Shown piece by piece: positions 58,279 through 64,000 of a DNA stretch of 64,000 nt. The notes under the pieces were generated by a model. That model saw only the letters and a list, made by a program, of their open reading frames with translations. It searched no databases and was not told where the DNA came from. Origin of the DNA: Candidatus Magasanikiibacteriota bacterium (GTDB lineage Bacteria > Patescibacteriota > Patescibacteriia > Magasanikbacterales > GWA2-37-8). The DNA lies in contig CAWDHY010000001.1 of NCBI GenBank assembly GCA_963802255.1, forward strand, positions 427,842 to 491,841, given 5' to 3'. How positions within the stretch are numbered: position 1 is the first letter of the stretch; each line of letters begins with the position of its first letter. Position numbers and translations under genes: made by a program.

Positions 58279-58809
58279 CTATCGGTCAGTAATAATGTAT
58301 TTATGACTGACTTTTTTTACGAAAAGAAGCGAGATGAGATATACCAGCGTCAGAGTAACGGCATTAACGGCAAGTTCAATTAAAATGCTGATTAGTGTGG
58401 ACTTGTTTACTGTTAACTCGGCTAGTCCGAAAATTTTCAATATAAAAAAGATTCCAAAAAATGCGGTTTTAAACAGAAATGTGCCGATTAAGCCGGATAA
58501 AAAAACCATAATAAAAAACCTGTTGGTCAAAATATTTAATAATACCCACTCAAGAGCGGCTGTAGAAATAAGCAACGCTGCAGTGTTAAGACCGAATGGT
58601 GTTGAGATAAATAATTCCGAAATTAGCGACAATAAAAATACATATATAATCTTGTCCTGCTTGTTAAAAATAAGCAGACACATTGCCGCAATCAGTATAA
58701 CATTTAATCTGTTTAAAGGATGCGGTAATAAATTTGCCGCCGCCACGTGTAATGTGAAGATAAACAACATCAGCAATATCTGGAATGCCGTTCGGATATA
58801 ATTTCGCAT
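58279..58809 (-). CDS. mreD: Rod shape protein MreD-like
   Basis: Hydrophobic 176 aa between mreC and mrdA; ELF.STPFG. Confidence 0.7.
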   Translation of the reverse strand: MRNYIRTAFQILLMLFIFTLHVAAANLLPHPLNRLNVILIAAMCLLIFNKQDKIIYVFLLSLISELFISTPFGLNTAALLISTAALEWVLLNILTNRFFIMVFLSGLIGTFLFKTAFFGIFFILKIFGLAELTVNKSTLISILIELAVNAVTLTLVYLISLLFVKKVSHKYIITDR

Positions 58810-58810
58810 A

Positions 58811-59614
58811 CTAATTTGTAATCAATACGGAAACAATTGATAATTTGGGAAGATCTGTGCCGGGCGTCAGTAATGCCGCCTGAAAAGGGCGGTAAGTCTC
58901 ATTTTCTATTGCCGTTATTGAACCAATAAATAGGCCGCGCGGCATTGCCTCCTCGAGACCGGATGTAACTATCATGTCTCCAACTTTAACAATTTCATTG
59001 CGGGGAATAAAATTCATTTTAACGCTCAATCCATATCCGCCCTCAACTACCCCGAGACTTCTATCATTATTCAGAATCGTTGCGCCAATTTTTGAAGCAC
59101 TGTCATTTAAAAGCCGGACTACGGCCATACCAGCTTCCGCTTTTATAATTTTTCCTATAAGAATGCCGTTACCGACAATAACCGGCTGATTAATTTTTAA
59201 CCCTTCGCCCGTTCCCTTGTCTATTAATATTGTTTGATCTGTTTGCTCAATATTTTTACCGATTACCCTTGCAACAACCGAATCGATAGAATTATTTTCA
59301 TTAAATTTTAATGCTTCCTTTAATGTATTATTTTCTTCTTCAAGCAATTTAATTTTTGCATCTTCTACAATTCTGTTTTCAAGATCAAACCGGCATTCCC
59401 GATAAGAATCAAAGAAAGCTTTTTTATCCTTAAAAAACTCATAATTGTCGCCGACGTCAATGCTTAAGTCGTTCGTTTGCGTAAATAGCGGTAAAAAAAC
59501 CAGACGCAGCTTATTTTTAAAAAAATTAAGCCATCCGATGTAGTTTAAAAAAACAAGCAATATTAATATTGCTCCTAAAACTAAGTAGGTTTTCTTTCCG
59601 CGTATGTCTAACAT
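58811..59614 (-). CDS. mreC: Rod shape protein MreC
   Basis: LEEENNTLK, IDKG..EG, GDMIVTSG, PRGLFIG. Confidence 0.93.
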   Translation of the reverse strand: MLDIRGKKTYLVLGAILILLVFLNYIGWLNFFKNKLRLVFLPLFTQTNDLSIDVGDNYEFFKDKKAFFDSYRECRFDLENRIVEDAKIKLLEEENNTLKEALKFNENNSIDSVVARVIGKNIEQTDQTILIDKGTGEGLKINQPVIVGNGILIGKIIKAEAGMAVVRLLNDSASKIGATILNNDRSLGVVEGGYGLSVKMNFIPRNEIVKVGDMIVTSGLEEAMPRGLFIGSITAIENETYRPFQAALLTPGTDLPKLSIVSVLITN

Positions 59615-59622
59615 AGAAAATG

Positions 59623-60672
59623 CTATCGCTTATCGTTTCTTAGAGGGTACACTGCCACTTCTTTTAACAGCGAAATATCTTCAAGAAGCATGGACGCTCC
59701 GCGCACAACCGCGGTCAGCGGGTCGTCTGCAATTCGCACCGGAATTTCCGTGGCTCTCATTATCAGCTGATCTATACCGCGCAACAATGCCCCTCCGCCG
59801 GTTAAAAGCAGGCCGCGTTCATGAATGTCTGCGATAAGTTCCGGCGGTGTCACTTCTAAAGTTCCCTTGATATTATCAACAATGGCTCTTAACGAGCGTG
59901 ACAATGCTTCGCGTACTTCAGCATCATTTATCATTACTTCTTTTGGAAGCCCGGTTACCATATCGCGTCCGCGCATCGGATAAACCATTTTTTCCTGCAT
60001 CTCGACGGCCGAACCGATTTTAATTTTTATTTCTTCAGCCTGCCTCTCACCAACCAAAAGATTAAACATTTCACGCGCGTATTGAGTGATATTATAATTA
60101 AATTCATCCCCCGCAATTTTGATTGATTTCCATTTAACAATACCGCTTAAAGATATCACTGCTATTTCAGTTGTGCCTCCGCCTATATCTACGATAAAAT
60201 TGCCGACAGGGTCTTGTACTGGCATTCTAGACCCGATCGCGCCTGCCATCGGCTCTTCCACAATCCACACCTCGCTTGCACCGGCGTTGAGAACGGCGTC
60301 GCTTACGGCTTTTCTTTCCACCTCAGTAAGGTCGATCGGAGCACCCACTACTACTCTCGGCCGGGTCATAAAATTAAACGAACCCTCGTTGATTTTATCA
60401 ATGAAGTGAGCCAGCATTTTTTCGGTTACTTCAAAATCAGAAATAATACCGCCTGTAAGCGGTCGTGATGTAATAATGTGGGGTGGCGTTTTGCCAAGCA
60501 TCTCTTTTGCTTCATTTCCGACCGCAAGTATTTGTTCAGTTCTGGTATTAACTGAAACGACGCTCGGTTCGTTGATGATTATCCCCTTCCCTTTAACGTA
60601 AATTAAAGTATTGGCAGTACCAAGATCGATACCCAAATCTTTTCTGAATCTATTGAAAAAATTATTTAACAT
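59623..60672 (-). CDS. mreB: Rod shape protein MreB
   Basis: GIDLGTANT, EPSVV, VDIGGGTTE, TGGGALL. Confidence 0.97.
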   Translation of the reverse strand: MLNNFFNRFRKDLGIDLGTANTLIYVKGKGIIINEPSVVSVNTRTEQILAVGNEAKEMLGKTPPHIITSRPLTGGIISDFEVTEKMLAHFIDKINEGSFNFMTRPRVVVGAPIDLTEVERKAVSDAVLNAGASEVWIVEEPMAGAIGSRMPVQDPVGNFIVDIGGGTTEIAVISLSGIVKWKSIKIAGDEFNYNITQYAREMFNLLVGERQAEEIKIKIGSAVEMQEKMVYPMRGRDMVTGLPKEVMINDAEVREALSRSLRAIVDNIKGTLEVTPPELIADIHERGLLLTGGGALLRGIDQLIMRATEIPVRIADDPLTAVVRGASMLLEDISLLKEVAVYPLRNDKR

Positions 60673-61063
60673 AATTTCTGTTTTGATACTTTCTGTTCGT
60701 AAAAATCAGACCTTCAAAAAATATATAACATGTTAAAAGCAAAATAAAGTTCCACCATGTCAATAGTCTGAATTGCGCCAAAAGCAGGTTTAAAATAATA
60801 AAAATTCCGAAAAAGAAACCCTGTCTGAATGTTCTTTTTATGTGGCGGAAAACGATGTCGTCATTTTTCAATATTTTTGCTCTGATAAAAAAACCAATAA
60901 CAGAAAAAGTACCAAGAACCGCTAAAAATAAGCTGGCGTAAAAAAGTGTGAAACCGATGATACCGGCAGTGTTCGGGTCGTAAATATAAACCACCAATAA
61001 CCAAACTAGCCAGCAAACAAGTGTGGCCAGAGACATGATGATTAAATATTGTCTCAGTGTCAT
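60662..61063 (-). CDS. Hypothetical 4-TM membrane protein
   Basis: Four hydrophobic segments; overlaps the mreB start. Confidence 0.75.
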   Translation of the reverse strand: MTLRQYLIIMSLATLVCWLVWLLVVYIYDPNTAGIIGFTLFYASLFLAVLGTFSVIGFFIRAKILKNDDIVFRHIKRTFRQGFFFGIFIILNLLLAQFRLLTWWNFILLLTCYIFFEGLIFTNRKYQNRNYVK

Positions 61064-61113
61064 AGATGTCTTCTAATTTAGCAAATATTAGGCAAAAATG
61101 CAAGACCCGAGCA

Positions 61114-61404
61114 TTAGAGAATAAAGCGAATTTTATTTATTGATTTTACGCCAAATTCAGTGCGAATACGATCTAATATCAAAGATTCATTTAAGCGGAT
61201 TTCAGAAGCAGCCGAAGATGAAGATATTTGAACTCCAAGAACGCCGTTTTTGACATAGACAGCTTTAACAAAACCGGCTGACTCTGTTCCAAAAAGATCA
61301 GTCAGTATTTTGTTTGCCGATTCAACCGTTATTGCGGCGGCCGCCCCACGCATCATGGGAGAGCTTGTATTTTTTTCGCTAAATATTGATAGCAATGATT
61401 TCAT
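61114..61404 (-). CDS. DciA/DUF721 family protein
   Basis: KNGVLGVQISSSSAASEIRL...INKIRF pattern of the DUF721 KH-like fold. Confidence 0.75.
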   Translation of the reverse strand: MKSLLSIFSEKNTSSPMMRGAAAAITVESANKILTDLFGTESAGFVKAVYVKNGVLGVQISSSSAASEIRLNESLILDRIRTEFGVKSINKIRFIL

Positions 61405-61410
61405 ATATTT

Positions 61411-64000
61411 TTACGCCCTATAATTACAAATATCGCGAAAATCGCAATGGCCACAAATAAATTTTTCCGGCTTGGGATTAAAATCAAGCGATTTAATACG
61501 GCTTAAAATTTCAGAAATATTTTTTTCAAGCTTTGAGATTTCTTTGTCCGACCCCAAAAATGAAACTTTATTGTTTTCATCCAAATAATAATATGTTAAT
61601 AATCCGGCTTCGCCGATATTTTTAAATTCCGGCAATTGTTTAATGGCAATCTGGTAGATTAACAGCTGTTCTTTATCTTCTCCGGTAATTTTATCTTTTC
61701 CCTGCCCGGTTTTATAGTCGACTATTTCCAGTCGTCCGTCAGGCATCTTGTCTATTCGGTCGATTCTTCCGCGCAAAAGATTGCCGTCTATTCTGACAGT
61801 AAATTCAGTTTCCAAAGCAACAGGCAATGTCCATTTGTTTTCGTGTGATTTGTAGAACTCACTAAGAATAGTCCGGCCTTTTTCGTAATATTCCTCGCGC
61901 TGTTTTTGACTTTTGTACCATTCTTTTATCCAGCATTCTTCATAAATTGAAAATAATTCCTCAAGCGCAGGAACCTTGATTGAAGAAGAATCGCTTTTTT
62001 CCGCGTTTGGCCGGTTAAAGAGAGTGTCCTGATTAACCCGATTGATTTCTGTTAGGCGTTTATAAAATCGTTCTAAAGTACAATGCATTGTGGAACCGAA
62101 GCTGAAACTCGGGCTTCCTTGTTTGGGAAGACGTAAAATATTAGACAGCTTATACTGGTATGGACACTTCTCATATTTTTGAATTTGAGAAAATGAAAAA
62201 AATTTCGGCAGTTCGTAAACGAGTTCTTTTTGGTTGTCAATTTTTTTTGCCGGCTTATTTTTTTCCAGTTTTGAGGTGGCAGTTTGCCTTTGACCGTCAA
62301 CGCTGAATCCGATTTCATCCAAAAAACGGCTTAGTTTTTTCTCCCGGGCGCCACCATAATCATTGGCGCTTGTCAGATATAAAATATTTTTCGCCCGAGT
62401 CATTGCAACATAAAATAATCGTCTTTCTTCGTATATATGAATATCGCCTTCAGGCAACTGTTCCTTAACCAACTGTTCGGGGATTTCAATATCGCCACCT
62501 CGCCTGCGGGTCGGAAATCTTTCTTCCACAAGATTTACCATAAATACATATTTGTATTCCAGGCCTTTAGCGGTGTGAACCGTAAGAATATTTACCGAGT
62601 CAGGAGTATCTTTCGGCTGTTTCATTACGCCGAGATCGCCGGAATCAACCACTTCATTAAAATGGCTGAGAAAGTCCGTTACACTGGCATCGGGCGTCAT
62701 TGCTTCATAATTTGATATGTATTCAAAGAATTGGTTTAGCTGATATATTTGGCGTATCACCGACCTGTCACCCTTGTCTTCACCATTTGCCAAAAATTTT
62801 AAATAGCCGCTAAGTTCAAAAAATTTATAAACAACAACAGTTGGTTTTTCATTGCGTTTAAGCTTCATCCCTTCGTGTATCCAGGAAAGCAGTTTCTCAA
62901 AAACAATCAATCCTTCTTTTGATAATTTTATCTCTGTCGCTCTCTTTAATGCTTCATAATATGAAACACTATTCTTTGCCGCAAAATGGGTAAGTTTTTG
63001 TATGTCATTTTCTTTAAGCTCAAGAAACGGCATGTTTAAAAGGCGGTATATCGCGGATGACTCGTGATAAGAGTCAATTACTTTCAAAAAATTTATGCAA
63101 TCCAGCACAATCGGCTGTCTAAACAAACCGGCCGCCGCTAAAAATTCGTATGGAATGCCATGCTTTTCAAATAAGTTCGCAAATTCATTGGCATGATTAT
63201 TGGCCCGCACCAGTATTGCAAAATCATCCCAAACAATATTTTCATCTGAATTCTTGATTTTAATTATTTCTTCAACAACAAATTTTATTTCCCCGTCAAT
63301 TGAATCATGATGAGCGTGTATAACGCATTTTTTAACTGAATCGCGCGGTTCTTTCTTTCCCGAAGATAATTTTTTATTAATTTTTAATTTAACTTCCAGC
63401 CGGTCCGGATTATTATTTTGTATCAATTTATACGCGCTATCCAAAATTTCCTGAGATGAGCGATAATTTTCATTTAATACAATTTCGCCCGCATTTGGAA
63501 AGTCGTCCTTAAAGCGCAAGATATTTGAAACCGATGCGCCGCGGAAAGCATAGATGCTCTGGTCGTCATCCCCTACCACGGTAAGCTGTGATCCTCCCGA
63601 AGCAATTTTTTTGACCAATTCGCATTGCGCCCAGTTCACATCCTGAAACTCATCCACTAAAATATATTTAAATTTATTTTGCAGTTGCCGCAGAATTGAA
63701 GGGCGTTTTTCCAGCAGTATGTTGGCATAATATATCAGGTCGCCAAAATCAAGTGCATTATGACTAAGCAGCAGCCGGTTGTATACATGATAGGCATTGC
63801 TGATTTCCGCCAGACGGGTTCTTTCGTCCGCTTCCGCACTGTCCTTGTCCAGTTTTACATTTTCCGCGTATTCCAGATAATTTTCCGGGCTTATCATCTC
63901 ATCTTTACATTTGGAAAAATGTTTTATCAGCTCATGAATAAATTTAGTCGGATTGCCGATCGGTCGATAATAGTCAAGATTAAATTTATCAAGATGTTTG
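61411..64000 (-). CDS. UvrD/PcrA-like helicase fused to a PD-(D/E)XK nuclease (5' end outside the window)
   Basis: ILVDEFQD, VGDDDQSIYAFRGA, NYRS, TVHTAKGLE, EERRLFYVAMTRA; GRIDRID..IVDYKTG; frame open to the window edge. Confidence 0.93.
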   Translation of the reverse strand, partial: KHLDKFNLDYYRPIGNPTKFIHELIKHFSKCKDEMISPENYLEYAENVKLDKDSAEADERTRLAEISNAYHVYNRLLLSHNALDFGDLIYYANILLEKRPSILRQLQNKFKYILVDEFQDVNWAQCELVKKIASGGSQLTVVGDDDQSIYAFRGASVSNILRFKDDFPNAGEIVLNENYRSSQEILDSAYKLIQNNNPDRLEVKLKINKKLSSGKKEPRDSVKKCVIHAHHDSIDGEIKFVVEEIIKIKNSDENIVWDDFAILVRANNHANEFANLFEKHGIPYEFLAAAGLFRQPIVLDCINFLKVIDSYHESSAIYRLLNMPFLELKENDIQKLTHFAAKNSVSYYEALKRATEIKLSKEGLIVFEKLLSWIHEGMKLKRNEKPTVVVYKFFELSGYLKFLANGEDKGDRSVIRQIYQLNQFFEYISNYEAMTPDASVTDFLSHFNEVVDSGDLGVMKQPKDTPDSVNILTVHTAKGLEYKYVFMVNLVEERFPTRRRGGDIEIPEQLVKEQLPEGDIHIYEERRLFYVAMTRAKNILYLTSANDYGGAREKKLSRFLDEIGFSVDGQRQTATSKLEKNKPAKKIDNQKELVYELPKFFSFSQIQKYEKCPYQYKLSNILRLPKQGSPSFSFGSTMHCTLERFYKRLTEINRVNQDTLFNRPNAEKSDSSSIKVPALEELFSIYEECWIKEWYKSQKQREEYYEKGRTILSEFYKSHENKWTLPVALETEFTVRIDGNLLRGRIDRIDKMPDGRLEIVDYKTGQGKDKITGEDKEQLLIYQIAIKQLPEFKNIGEAGLLTYYYLDENNKVSFLGSDKEISKLEKNISEILSRIKSLDFNPKPEKFICGHCDFRDICNYRA

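Noticed and set aside
61411-62200. Cas4-like nuclease suggesting a CRISPR or defence system
   Set aside because: It is the C-terminal domain of the UvrD fusion; there are no cas genes or arrays in the window

Overview
This is a chromosomal segment of a small-genome bacterium, most likely Patescibacteria/CPR. That assignment is an inference from the truncated AlaRS, RpoA and L13, the orphan VirD4-like ATPase, the helicase-nuclease fusion and the scarcity of Shine-Dalgarno sites; the genetic code is standard code 11. Bases 1-14 kb hold an AT-rich surface-glycan locus (GT2, GT4, GT11, five methyltransferases, UDP-xylose synthase, UDP-Glc dehydrogenase) in which three genes are broken by four single-base insertions. 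The rest is core genome: rpmA, wecA, rplU, recR-ybaB-dnaB, mnmA, alaS, infA-rpmJ-rpsM-rpsK-rpsD-rpoA-rplQ-rplM-rpsI, a second glycan cluster, fmt-def-priA, clpB, gltX, a Xer recombinase, ftsQ, alr, serS, lysS, greA, mrdA-mreDCB, dciA and a partial UvrD-PD(D/E)XK helicase-nuclease. I saw no tRNA, rRNA, CRISPR array or transposase. The strongest unexplained signals are non-coding: a dif-like 11-6-11 site at the Xer gene's own transcription start, a cloverleaf/switch-like 5' leader on a tandem CxxC-x17-CxxC zinc protein, an attenuator-like leader with a uORF on dnaB, a long RNA rod between infA and rpmJ, a symmetric CIRCE variant on clpB and a terminator-like greA leader. All calls come from reading the sequence only; no searches or folding programs were run.
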